20,941 nucleotides of DNA from Candidatus Altiarchaeota archaeon (GTDB lineage Archaea > Altiarchaeota > Altiarchaeia > IMC4 > SCGC-AAA252-I15), in the NCBI GenBank assembly GCA_043804895.1, contig JAZDIN010000053.1:1-20941 (forward strand), read 5' to 3'. Positions within the stretch are counted from its first letter, which is position 1. Every line of letters starts with the position of its first letter. The notes beneath the pieces were generated by a model, which saw only the letters and a program-made list of their open reading frames with translations, made no database searches and was not told the DNA's origin. This document shows, piece after piece, positions 6,242-15,470 of the stretch. Both the position numbers and the translations under genes were made by a program.

Positions 6242-9200
6242 CTACATGAAGTCTGCGAGGCTTACCTGTTTTTCCATGTCGTTGGTGGTGAGGGATTGTA
6301 CGTCCCTTTCGAGTAGGCGCAATCTGGATTTAAGGTAGTCTGAGAGATGGTATTTTTCGGCCAGGTCCATGGACATCTTCAGGTATTTTGTGATGTTCCC
6401 CTGGCTTACGGTGAGGATGAGTTTGCCGCCGCATTTGTTGCACTTGCCGGATAGGGGAACCCTCCTGTAGTTCTCGTTGCATTTGACGCACCTGACGTGT
6501 TGTCGTGAGAAGGCCCTCAGGTTCCCGTAGGTGTCCCTGAGGAAGTGGGAGTTTATGACTATCTCCGCGACTTCCCGCTCGTCTATGGCCCTTATCTTTT
6601 CCGCGACTGCGAGTTGGGCTTTAATCTTCTCTTGCATGCTTTTGAGTGTGACGTACCTGCTTTGCGTCACCGGGCCTGTCACGTCGCCTGTGTCGTGGGT
6701 GAATTTTATTCCATGGTAGGGGTCGTTGTCCAGGAGGCTTGCTACGGTTTTCACTCCCGCTTCTGAGGGGTTCACGCCCTGGAGTGTCTTCTCGTAGAAT
6801 TCGATGCCGTAGGAATCGGAAACCTCCATCTTGTGTGCTTCGTCGTCTATCTCCTTCGGGTTCATTATGGTCGTCACGACGAGTGGCGCGTCCATCTTGC
6901 CGCCTCGTTTCTCCGGGAGGTAGCTTCTGCTGAAGTTTAGGAGCATGTCTGTGAGGAGCATTATGCTGTCTTCGTCGCCGTCGGCGTTCCTTCTTTTGGC
7001 TGCGTGCCAGAACGGGTGCGCGTAGCATACGTTTGCTTTCGTGTAGCCTACGATTCTGCCGACTATTCCGGCTGAGGTGTGCGGCGCAAGGCCTACGATG
7101 AGGTGCCCTAGGAGGTCATCTCTTGAGTTGATATTGTATAAGCGGTTGAGTTTGTAGAATTTTTGGAGTAGGTCGTCTGTGAATTTTGCGACTTTCACCA
7201 TGTAGTTCCCACAGTATTCTGAGACGATTATGTCCTGGGTTTTGAGTTCCAGTATCTGGTCTTCGAAGTCCAGGGATTTACCCTGGTAGTCGACTTCGTA
7301 GCCAAGCTCCCTAAGCCTTTGTACCTGAACACCAACTTCCTTCGGCTTGAAATGTGTGAGAGGAGCGTCTGTGGCGTCGAACCGTATCGTCCCATCCTTG
7401 AAGACGTAGATTTCGTGTATCGCCCTGAGGAGACCCTTCTCCAGGGGCTCCGGTATCTTGCTCTCCGAGATCATACCAATTACCCCTTTGACGTTTGCCG
7501 ATTTGCCTATCCTCCTGACTGCGGCATCCCACAAATCCTTCAGCTCTATGTTCGCTTTAGTGTATTTCCTGGTTGGGACGTTACACCTCGGGCAGACTTT
7601 ATTCTTTCCCGCGTAGCCGCATTGCCCGCAGAAGTTGATTTCAACCGTCTTTCCCCCGCAATCAGGGCAGACGGGGGATATCACCTTACGTTGGCAGTTT
7701 TGGCACAGGAACTGCGAGACCTCGACTTCCACCCTGTTTTTGTCGACTGCGGAATTTATACTCCTCTCACGGCCGCCTCCTTCGCCTATCGGGAACAGTG
7801 CATGGACCGGCGGTTGCATCTTACGTTCGCGGGATTTCTCAGGCCTGCCCATCCTACACCCTATGTAGACTCCGGACTTGTCCCGGATTTTGACCTTGCT
7901 TGCGGCATTTACAAGTTCGAATGCGTTTGAGTCGGGGGTTACGTTAACGTATGCTGCGTCAAATCCAGTTTTGTCGAGGTCTATGATGCCAAGTTGTGTT
8001 AGTAGGGGCCTGTGTTCGTCGATAATAACCATTCCATCCTGGACTTTGTGTGGGATGCCCAACACCTCAAGATTCCTTTTGGCTTTTGGGTTGTCGTTCT
8101 TGACATGCAACACTCCCTCAACCGTTCCTAATGCGAGCCAGTCCACGAGAGCTTTAACTTCCTGGGCTGTGACGTCAGCCCACCTGTAGGTGTATCTTGG
8201 GTGCAGGGGCACACCCTTCGCCAGAGACAATTCCACTGCCTCGTCTGGTCCGACGCTCAGATTCGCCTGCCCTGCCTCAAGAGACCACCATTCCTCGACG
8301 TAGCCTGAGGGGATGAGTTTCGTGTTAGTCTGCATGAAGTCGCCGAATGAGACGAGTATGTCCCCGAGGAAGAGTATCTCCTCAACCTGGTCGTCAACCT
8401 CGTACGCCTTAGCCCTTGAGTCGACCAACACGACGTCTCCGTTTTTCAGCTTCACTATCGGCCCTTCTATGGTGTCGCATTCTGTCACGACGCATCCTTT
8501 GCCGGGCTTTTCGACTTTCACTTGGGTTCCTGTGGCTAGGAAGTCATCCAAGAGTATCATGGTCGCAGGGTGTATGGACTTCGCAGCTATGCCGTTGGAC
8601 CTTGAGTGACCGTACCTTAACCTGAATCCACCCTTTGTCGACGGGGCTGAGAATATGGGCCTTCCTCCGACGACTTCGTCCATGAACTTCGCAGTCGGCT
8701 TTTCAGTGTCGGATTTTTTCCCACCCTTGTTGAGTGTGCCAAGCCAGCTCCAGTCTAAGCCGATTTTTTTTGCGTGGTCCATGACCTTGCGGCTTTTCTG
8801 CGCGACTCCTTCTGCGATGACGAGGCACATCCCACCCCGGACCCTGTTGGACTCCACCCTAGCGAGGTCCCTGTGTATCGCCACTTCAATATCCTCGGTG
8901 GGGTCGCCGTCCACGCATACTGCGAGGTTCCTGATTATCTCCCGCACCTCCTCCTCGCTCGGCGTGTACTGTAGCCTGCTCGCCTGCTCATCGTATATCT
9001 TTATCTCCTCAACGTACCGTTCCACCTCGTCCGGCGTCGGCCTGTACTCGGCTAATCCGATTCTGCGCCTGATGTAATCCCCGACAAGGACTGCTAGGCC
9101 TTGCGCAGTCCCGCCCGCGCTTCTAATCGGGCCTGCGAAGTACACGCTCAGGTATTCGCTCCCATCCGGGTTCTGTTTTATCTTCACCCCGGATATACCC

Positions 9201-9541
9201 TCAATCGGTGCTGCCACGACTCCCTCGGTGAGTATCGCAAGCGAAGTCCTCAGAGCCTGTTCTACGCACGCCTCCTTCTCTTCCTTAGTCTTATATGGCT
9301 TCGAGTTGAGGACCCACTCCACGATAGTTGGCAGGTTATCTCTTCCGAACTCCCTTATCTTTGATGCTATGCCAGGAGGGCCAACAAGCCCTTCGACCCG
9401 GTCTGCGAGGTCTCCTGCCGGGAGGGCTTCGACGTCCGGGCTCGGGTCATAGTTCAGGGCTCTCGCTTTCCTTGCGAGGTCGTATATCCGCTCTATCTCA
9501 GACCTCATGCCGTCGTGATATCTTCTAGTGCGTTCGTCCAT
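6242..9541 (-). CDS. polC: DNA polymerase D large subunit DP2, intein-free
   Basis: Motifs TEGVVAAPIEGI, YFAGPIRSAGGTAQ, GGFRLRYG, RMGRPEK, FKDGTIRFD, GLAPHTSAG, HAAKRRNADGDED, Zn-finger CxxC pairs and a C-terminal PIP-like QVSLADF. Confidence 0.97.
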   Translation of the reverse strand: MDERTRRYHDGMRSEIERIYDLARKARALNYDPSPDVEALPAGDLADRVEGLVGPPGIASKIREFGRDNLPTIVEWVLNSKPYKTKEEKEACVEQALRTSLAILTEGVVAAPIEGISGVKIKQNPDGSEYLSVYFAGPIRSAGGTAQGLAVLVGDYIRRRIGLAEYRPTPDEVERYVEEIKIYDEQASRLQYTPSEEEVREIIRNLAVCVDGDPTEDIEVAIHRDLARVESNRVRGGMCLVIAEGVAQKSRKVMDHAKKIGLDWSWLGTLNKGGKKSDTEKPTAKFMDEVVGGRPIFSAPSTKGGFRLRYGHSRSNGIAAKSIHPATMILLDDFLATGTQVKVEKPGKGCVVTECDTIEGPIVKLKNGDVVLVDSRAKAYEVDDQVEEILFLGDILVSFGDFMQTNTKLIPSGYVEEWWSLEAGQANLSVGPDEAVELSLAKGVPLHPRYTYRWADVTAQEVKALVDWLALGTVEGVLHVKNDNPKAKRNLEVLGIPHKVQDGMVIIDEHRPLLTQLGIIDLDKTGFDAAYVNVTPDSNAFELVNAASKVKIRDKSGVYIGCRMGRPEKSRERKMQPPVHALFPIGEGGGRERSINSAVDKNRVEVEVSQFLCQNCQRKVISPVCPDCGGKTVEINFCGQCGYAGKNKVCPRCNVPTRKYTKANIELKDLWDAAVRRIGKSANVKGVIGMISESKIPEPLEKGLLRAIHEIYVFKDGTIRFDATDAPLTHFKPKEVGVQVQRLRELGYEVDYQGKSLDFEDQILELKTQDIIVSEYCGNYMVKVAKFTDDLLQKFYKLNRLYNINSRDDLLGHLIVGLAPHTSAGIVGRIVGYTKANVCYAHPFWHAAKRRNADGDEDSIMLLTDMLLNFSRSYLPEKRGGKMDAPLVVTTIMNPKEIDDEAHKMEVSDSYGIEFYEKTLQGVNPSEAGVKTVASLLDNDPYHGIKFTHDTGDVTGPVTQSRYVTLKSMQEKIKAQLAVAEKIRAIDEREVAEIVINSHFLRDTYGNLRAFSRQHVRCVKCNENYRRVPLSGKCNKCGGKLILTVSQGNITKYLKMSMDLAEKYHLSDYLKSRLRLLERDVQSLTTNDMEKQVSLADFM

Positions 9542-11009
9542 CTTTTGAGAAGTCGAGCATGCTGACTTCGTGGTTTTGTAGGTCCATTACTGGGACCAGT
9601 GCGGGCGTAGGTTGGTGTCCCAGGCGTTCCTGGTAGGCTGTCTTAGCCTGCCATGTGCCGGAGTTTATTATGTTGACCCCCTTGTAGAGGGCATAGCCGT
9701 TTGTGTGCACGTGCCCGCAGTGTAGGACGTCAGGCACGTCCTTGATGAACAGGTAATCCCTTTCTTCAGGTGATATGCTGTCTGAACCGTATGCTGGGAC
9801 AAGGTTGCGCCTTTTCAGAAGCTCAATCATCGCGGCCTCCGGCCGGTTGTATGAGCCGCCTGATAGGCTACCTATGACTGTGTCTAGGGAGGTTCCATGG
9901 TACATAAGGAATTCCACCCCGTGCGCTGAGAACCTGCAGGGGTTCCCTGTTATGTGGACATTAGGTAGGCTGTATAGGTGTGGCGCCAGGTCTTTTCCTA
10001 TTCTCGGTTGGGGTTCAGCGTTCCTGACCGCATCGTGGTTGCCCATCCCAAGGACGACTTCGATGTGTTCTGGTATTTCGGAGAGTAGTAGGCTTAGGAA
10101 CTCGTACTGCCTGTATATGTCGGGTATAGTCAGCTCCTTTTCCTGGCTGGGGTATATCCCTATGCCGTCCACGAGGTCGCCTGCGACGAAGATGTACTTC
10201 ACCTTAGAGGATATGTCGTCCCGGTTGCCTTTGCCTTTAAGCCAGTCTATGAAATTCTGGAATTCCCGCTCCAGGAATAGGTAGCTGCCAACATGTATGT
10301 CTGACATGAAGACAGCATAGACTTCCTCGTCAGCGTAATGTCGTGGATGGTTTAACGGTATGTCTGGGGGGATTATCTCCGAGGCTATGAACAGGTCGCC
10401 CATGAGGATTCCTTCGACTCCAATAACTTCGTCGTGAAGTATCCTCTCATACGATGCCCGGACGCTATCGTTCTTCTCCTGCACGAGTACTGTGAGTTCT
10501 CCAGTCTGGTCTTCGACGACGAGGAACCTGTTTCCTTTGCCGCTCTCCCTCTTCTCCCTAACCATGCAAACAATCCTACCCTTCCCTTTATGGCCGCTTT
10601 TGCGAAGCTCGGCTATCGTAATGGGCGCGGAGTAGTCGATACGCTCCTGCAGTACTCCCTTGAGGTTCTCATACCTGACGTTGAAGTACCTGACGAAATC
10701 ATCAATCACACCTGAGCAGGTGCTCTTGCCGCTGACATCGCTGTCGTCGCGTATCACAAGCCTGGATTCGATATCACGGGATGACAACTTAGACTCTCTG
10801 ACGACCTCAACCTTCTGCTCATCAACAGCCTTCCCGCCCGCTATCCTCTCCTCTATGTATTCAGGGCCTATGAACCATTCGCCAGAGTCCTTAGCAGCCT
10901 TGAGTATGGCCTCTGAGTCGAGCTTAAGCTCGACCATCCTGTCGAGCGCGACTGAGCTGAGGATGAGACCATACTCTGAGGCCTTAAGGCTTATTTCATT
11001 CCTGTCCAC
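9525..11009 (-). CDS. polB: DNA polymerase D small subunit DP1 (Mre11-like 3'-5' proofreading exonuclease)
   Basis: OB fold followed by calcineurin-like motifs SDIHVGS, GDLVDGIGIYP, GNHD, YHG, GHVH and NSGTWQ. GTG start; overlaps DP2 by 17 nt. Confidence 0.95.
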   Translation of the reverse strand: MDRNEISLKASEYGLILSSVALDRMVELKLDSEAILKAAKDSGEWFIGPEYIEERIAGGKAVDEQKVEVVRESKLSSRDIESRLVIRDDSDVSGKSTCSGVIDDFVRYFNVRYENLKGVLQERIDYSAPITIAELRKSGHKGKGRIVCMVREKRESGKGNRFLVVEDQTGELTVLVQEKNDSVRASYERILHDEVIGVEGILMGDLFIASEIIPPDIPLNHPRHYADEEVYAVFMSDIHVGSYLFLEREFQNFIDWLKGKGNRDDISSKVKYIFVAGDLVDGIGIYPSQEKELTIPDIYRQYEFLSLLLSEIPEHIEVVLGMGNHDAVRNAEPQPRIGKDLAPHLYSLPNVHITGNPCRFSAHGVEFLMYHGTSLDTVIGSLSGGSYNRPEAAMIELLKRRNLVPAYGSDSISPEERDYLFIKDVPDVLHCGHVHTNGYALYKGVNIINSGTWQAKTAYQERLGHQPTPALVPVMDLQNHEVSMLDFSKDGRTH

Positions 11010-11026
11010 CCCGTTCCTCGAGTAAT

Positions 11027-11944
11027 CTACTTATGCTTCGCGAAATAGTCCCTCAGTTTCTCGACTATCACCATCCCGGCCCTCGTCTGGCCTTCGTGGG
11101 TGTTTGCGCCGAAATGCGGGACTAGTACTATGTTCTCCAAGGTCGGAAGCGGGCTCCCTTCCGGAGGCTCCTTCTTGTAGACGTCCAAAGCAGCGCCTGC
11201 TATTTTCTTCTCGCTCAATGCCTTATACAGCGCGTCCTCGTCGATTGCATGGCCTCTTGCAGTGTTCACGATGAGCGCTGTAGGCTTCATCATCGCCAGC
11301 GTCTTCTCGTTTATTATGTCCTTGGTCTCAGGTATCGCTGGAACGTGTAGGCTGATGACGTCAGCGGTCTTGAAGAGGGTGTCAAGGCTCACAAGTTCCA
11401 CGTGGAGTGCCTTTGCTTCCTCATGCTTCACTATAGGGTCTGCTGCTATGACCTTCATCCCAAACGCCTTTGCTCTGGAGGCAACCTCCTTCCCGATGCG
11501 GCCGAATCCGACGAGACCTAACGTCTTTCCGTAGAGTTCTGTGCCCATCATCTTCCGGTCCCACTTCCCCTCCCTCATCATCTTGTCGCCTTTCGTTATG
11601 TTCCTGCACAAAGCAAGCAATAGGGCGAACGCGTGTTCTGCGACGCTTATCGTGGAGGCCTCAGGGGAGTTCACAACAGTGATGTTCCTAGCCTTCGCAG
11701 CCTCCTTGTCGACGTTGTCCAAGCCGACCCCCGCCCGGGCTATTATCTTCAACTTCGTCCCAGCATCTATGACCTTCTTTGTCACCTTCGGCTTGCTGCG
11801 CACCATGATGGCGTCGTAGTCGCCTATTATAGCAGCCAACGCGTCCTCTTCAAGTCCAACTTTCACGTCCACGTCAGCGAACTCGCGAGCCTTCGCGACC
11901 GCAGACTCGTGGATCTTCCCTGCATCAAGAATTCTAGGTTTCAT
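11027..11944 (-). CDS. serA: D-3-phosphoglycerate dehydrogenase-like D-2-hydroxyacid dehydrogenase (short form without regulatory domains)
   Basis: Motifs VRS, ARAGVGLDNVD, VAEH, GFGRIG (NAD binding), NTARG, ALDVYKKEPP and PHFGANT. Start reassigned to ATG 11944 (MKPRILD), giving 305 aa. Confidence 0.8.
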   Translation of the reverse strand: MKPRILDAGKIHESAVAKAREFADVDVKVGLEEDALAAIIGDYDAIMVRSKPKVTKKVIDAGTKLKIIARAGVGLDNVDKEAAKARNITVVNSPEASTISVAEHAFALLLALCRNITKGDKMMREGKWDRKMMGTELYGKTLGLVGFGRIGKEVASRAKAFGMKVIAADPIVKHEEAKALHVELVSLDTLFKTADVISLHVPAIPETKDIINEKTLAMMKPTALIVNTARGHAIDEDALYKALSEKKIAGAALDVYKKEPPEGSPLPTLENIVLVPHFGANTHEGQTRAGMVIVEKLRDYFAKHK

Positions 11945-11963
11945 GCGAATGTATTCGACGTCC

Positions 11964-11973
11964 ATTAATAAAT
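11964..11973. promoter_or_regulatory. Central AT box (ATTAATAAAT), possible bidirectional TATA for serA-polB-polC and pyrDKEF
   Basis: Sits in the middle of the 51-bp divergent gap 11945-11995, about 20-30 nt from both ATGs. Confidence 0.5.
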
Positions 11974-11995
11974 TCAAAGAGTAATATGTTAGGGG

Positions 11996-12916
11996 ATGGC
12001 TGACGTGACCGTTGAATTGGTTGGACTCACTCTCAAAAACCCTACTATTCTCGCTTCTGGCGTTATGAGCTCTGATAAGGCCTCCCTTAAGAAGGTCGCC
12101 TGTGGCGGTGCTGGTGCTGTGACGATGAAGTCCATCACCCGTGAGCCGCGACCAGGCCACCCTAATCCCACAGTCATACAGGTTGAGGGCGGCATCATGA
12201 ACGCGATGGGCTACTGTAACATGGGCTTGGATAACGCTAAGACCGAGTTCACTGGGGTGTCGAGCGTTGGGGTCCCGGTTTTTGCTAGCATCGTGGCAGA
12301 GGATGCTAAGGGGTTCGCATACCTTGCGAGGGAGCTATCCTCCTTCGAGTTCTCAGCGATTGAGGCTGTCTTATCCTGTCCGCACACGCCAGGCTTCGGG
12401 TTGTTGGCTGGGCAGGGGACTCCGGAGGCAACGTACGAGATAACCAAGGCTGTTAAGAAGGCCACTAAGCTTCCTGTGATAGTCAAACTCTCGCCTAACA
12501 CTATGAACCTCGGGGAGACTGCTAAGTCAGCAGTCAAGGGCGGAGCGGACGCCATAAACATGGGCAACTCACTCGGCCCTGGGATGGTCATAGAGACGAC
12601 TTTAGGGAAGCCTGTGCTCGCTTTCAAGGTGGGGGGGATGAGCGGCCCTGCGATTAAGCCGATAGCTGTTAGGTGCGTTTACGACGTGTATGAGGCCACC
12701 AGCGGGAAGACTGAGATTATTGGGACAGGCGGCGTGATTAGCGGAGTAGACGCTGTGGAGATGATGATGGCAGGCGCTACAGCGGTGGGAGTCGGCACCG
12801 GAGTGTATTATCGCGGCATGGACGTGTTCAGGATGATATCCAAGGAGGTTGAAGAGTACATGTCAGCCAATGGGGTGAGGAAGCTCAAGGATTTGGTTGG
12901 GGTAGCCCATGGATAG
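11996..12916 (+). CDS. pyrD: Dihydroorotate dehydrogenase class 1B, catalytic subunit
   Basis: Motifs LKNPTILASG, KSIT, NAMG, SCPH (catalytic Cys), VKLSPN, GGMSGPAIKP and GTGGV. Confidence 0.93.
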   Translation: MADVTVELVGLTLKNPTILASGVMSSDKASLKKVACGGAGAVTMKSITREPRPGHPNPTVIQVEGGIMNAMGYCNMGLDNAKTEFTGVSSVGVPVFASIVAEDAKGFAYLARELSSFEFSAIEAVLSCPHTPGFGLLAGQGTPEATYEITKAVKKATKLPVIVKLSPNTMNLGETAKSAVKGGADAINMGNSLGPGMVIETTLGKPVLAFKVGGMSGPAIKPIAVRCVYDVYEATSGKTEIIGTGGVISGVDAVEMMMAGATAVGVGTGVYYRGMDVFRMISKEVEEYMSANGVRKLKDLVGVAHG

Positions 12917-13679
12917 GCCTGAGATTGTGAGGGTACTTGACGTTAGGACAAACAACTCCTCCCACCGTACGTTCACACTCGCTAAGAGGGTGGATGCTAG
13001 GGCAGGACAATTCTGCATGCTCTGGATCCCAGGTGTGAACGAGAAGCCTATGAGCTTCAGCAACATATCAGGGTACGTGGATGTGACTGTCAAAAAGGTT
13101 GGTCGGTTCACGTCGCACCTTTTCATGCTCGACAAAGGCTCCAATATAGGCTTCAGGGGACCATATGGGAGGGGATTCGATTACGTTGCAGGCGAAGTAT
13201 GCCTTGTCGGCGGCGGCTGCGGGATAGCACCGCTGAGGCCGCTTAAAGACAAACTGAGAGGCCATGTCATAATCGCAGCTAAAAACGCTGACAACATCAT
13301 GTTCGAGGGAGACTTCGTTGAAGCCGGCTTTGAGGTTCACACCGCCACAGACGACGGCTCCAAGGGCGTTAAAGGTTACGCCCATGAGGTGCTTGAGAAG
13401 CTTATGGACAAGAAAGATTTCAAATGCGTCTACGCCTGCGGCCCTGAGATTATGATGAGCAAGGTCCTTGACATGTGTGCAGAGAGGAAGGTGCCATGCC
13501 AGCTGTCGCTTGAAAGGTACATGAAATGCGGCATAGGCGTGTGCGGCTCATGCACCCTGGCAGGGATGAGGGTGTGCAAGGAGGGGCCGGTGTTCAAGGG
13601 CGAGGAGCTTGCAGGCACCGAGTTCGGGAGTTTCACCAGGGACGCTTCAGGTTCAAGGAGGATGACAGATGGATGCTAA
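12909..13679 (+). CDS. pyrK: Dihydroorotate dehydrogenase electron transfer subunit
   Basis: Motifs GQFCMLW, RGPYGRGF, GGGCGIAPL, TDDGS, ACGP and the 2Fe-2S motif MKCGIGVCGSC...VCKEGPVF. Confidence 0.93.
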   Translation: MDRPEIVRVLDVRTNNSSHRTFTLAKRVDARAGQFCMLWIPGVNEKPMSFSNISGYVDVTVKKVGRFTSHLFMLDKGSNIGFRGPYGRGFDYVAGEVCLVGGGCGIAPLRPLKDKLRGHVIIAAKNADNIMFEGDFVEAGFEVHTATDDGSKGVKGYAHEVLEKLMDKKDFKCVYACGPEIMMSKVLDMCAERKVPCQLSLERYMKCGIGVCGSCTLAGMRVCKEGPVFKGEELAGTEFGSFTRDASGSRRMTDGC

Positions 13680-14289
13680 GGAGACTGCGAAGATACTTTT
13701 GGACGGGAACGCATTGAACTTCAACGTGAAGGAGCCGTACACCTTCGCCTCGGGCATCAGGAGCCCAGTATACATGGACTGCAGGCTCCTGATATCAGAC
13801 GTGAAAGGGCGCGGAAGGATAGTCGACGGGATGGTGGATGCCGTGAAGACACTGAAGGCCGACTCCATAGCTGCCGCGGCCTCGGCAGGCATACCATGGG
13901 GCGCGTGGGTCGCAGACAGGCTCAGCCTCCCCCTACTGTACGTGCGGCAGAGCGCGAAGGACCACGGTAAAGGCAAGAAGGTGGAGGGTAAAGTCGTGAA
14001 GGGCATGACCGCCGTAGTGGTGGAGGACCTTGTGAGCACCGGGGGGAGCTCGCTCGCCACAGTAGAATCACTGAGAGAGGAGGGGGTGAAAGTGGAGGAC
14101 TGCGTGTCCATCTTCACCTACGAGTTCGAGGAGGCGAAGGAATCATTCAGCAAGGCAGGCGTTAGATTACACCCGCTATCCAACTTCCCGCAAGCAGTGG
14201 ACGTAGCCCTGCAGAAGGGGAAGCTAACGAATGAGGAAGCGGATGAAGCTAAAAAATGGAACAAGGATCCTAAGAGGTGGAAGATATGA
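13669..14289 (+). CDS. pyrE: Orotate phosphoribosyltransferase
   Basis: Motifs FASGIRSPVYMDCR, YVR..AKDHG and the PRPP-binding VVVEDLVSTGGS. Confidence 0.93.
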   Translation: MDAKETAKILLDGNALNFNVKEPYTFASGIRSPVYMDCRLLISDVKGRGRIVDGMVDAVKTLKADSIAAAASAGIPWGAWVADRLSLPLLYVRQSAKDHGKGKKVEGKVVKGMTAVVVEDLVSTGGSSLATVESLREEGVKVEDCVSIFTYEFEEAKESFSKAGVRLHPLSNFPQAVDVALQKGKLTNEEADEAKKWNKDPKRWKI

Positions 14290-15080
14290 ACTTCATAAAA
14301 GAGTACGTGAGAGTAAGTGATGAGCCGACGAGCAACCTGTGCGTCGGCCTCGACCCCGCGCTGCCGGAGCAGCGCAGGTCTGACGTGATAAAGAAACAGT
14401 ACGCAGGCGACGCAGGAGACATAATACTCCAGTTCAGCCTAGACATAGTCGACGCGGTAGGAGACCACTGCTGCGCTATAAAGACGAACTCACAGTACGC
14501 CCTCTTCGCACTAAGCCACAACAAATTGGAGACACTCAACCAGGAGATACACAAACACGGCCTCCTGTCGATACTCGACCACAAGCTCGGCGACATAGGC
14601 TCCACCAACGACAGCGCACTCTACTGGGCGAAGAAGTGCGGCTTCGACGCGATAACCTTCAGCCCCTACGCAGGCAACATCAGGGAGGCGACGGAGATGG
14701 CCCACCAGCGTGAGTTAGGGATATTCGTCCTAGACTTGATGAGCAACCCGGAGGCTGAAGGATTCCAGAAGAGGACGCGCTTCAACGAGACCCCACTATT
14801 CCTGCGGGTAGCCGACGACAGCAAGAGCGCAGGCTCAGACGGCGTCGTCGTAGGCGCCACAGACCACGTCCGCGAAGTAGACATACAGAAGATAAGGAAG
14901 ACGATAGGCCCGAACACGATAATACTGTTCCCAGGCATAGGAAGCCAGGGAGGCGACGTCAAAAAAGTCTTCTCAAACGGCGGTAAAAACATCCTAATCA
15001 ACGTAGGCCGCCACATAATCTACGCCAACGACCCAGGCAAGACAGCGGAGGAATACAACAAAAGGCTGAAACCGAAGTGA
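14286..15080 (+). CDS. pyrF: Orotidine-5'-phosphate decarboxylase
   Basis: Motifs LCVGLDP, DHKLGDIGST (DxKxxD), SPYAG, MSNP, VVGAT, PGIGSQGG and NVGR. The ATG at 14286 overlaps the pyrE TGA (ATGA). Confidence 0.92.
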   Translation: MNFIKEYVRVSDEPTSNLCVGLDPALPEQRRSDVIKKQYAGDAGDIILQFSLDIVDAVGDHCCAIKTNSQYALFALSHNKLETLNQEIHKHGLLSILDHKLGDIGSTNDSALYWAKKCGFDAITFSPYAGNIREATEMAHQRELGIFVLDLMSNPEAEGFQKRTRFNETPLFLRVADDSKSAGSDGVVVGATDHVREVDIQKIRKTIGPNTIILFPGIGSQGGDVKKVFSNGGKNILINVGRHIIYANDPGKTAEEYNKRLKPK

Positions 15081-15111
15081 ATTTTTATTAGAATAATGTT
15101 CTATATTAACT

Positions 15112-15456
15112 ATGGAAAAACAAAAGAACCCAGTTGAGGAGACAATTGATAAGGCCAATGGGTGGGGTAAGGATAGGCTTCTCATTAAGTATTCTAAGGG
15201 TTATGAAGGGAAGCAGACAATAATCACAAGTTGCAGTATAAGTAGTGTAGTTAAGGGTAGAGATAGCCCAGGAGACCCAAACCATGTTTTGATTATGACC
15301 GATAGTGGACTAGGCCTCATGCTAGGGCAGATATCTGAGGTTAAGACCTATGGGGGCGAAGTTTTACGGAGTATTCCGGAAAAAGATGCTGCAAACTTTG
15401 TTAAAATGACACGAGCTCCGCCACAAAACGTGAGTGAAAAGGTAGATCTGAAGTAG
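15112..15456 (+). CDS. Hypothetical protein, AT-rich orphan
   Basis: 114-aa ORF filling the gap between pyrF and the convergent DUF6282 gene. AT-rich box upstream; no recognised motif. Confidence 0.55.
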   Translation: MEKQKNPVEETIDKANGWGKDRLLIKYSKGYEGKQTIITSCSISSVVKGRDSPGDPNHVLIMTDSGLGLMLGQISEVKTYGGEVLRSIPEKDAANFVKMTRAPPQNVSEKVDLK

Positions 15457-15470
15457 CAACGAATGGTATC

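Noticed and set aside
6242-11009. Intein in DP2/DP1, or an adjacent cdc6/orc1 and replication origin
   Set aside because: DP2 is continuous through KRRNADGDED and of normal length. There is no cdc6 gene, ORB-like repeat or long AT-rich gap nearby.
11945-12160. N-terminal extension of the serA-like ORF to 12160
   Set aside because: It would overlap pyrD head-to-head. Recognisable dehydrogenase sequence begins at MKPRILD (11944), with a TATA-like box at the right distance.
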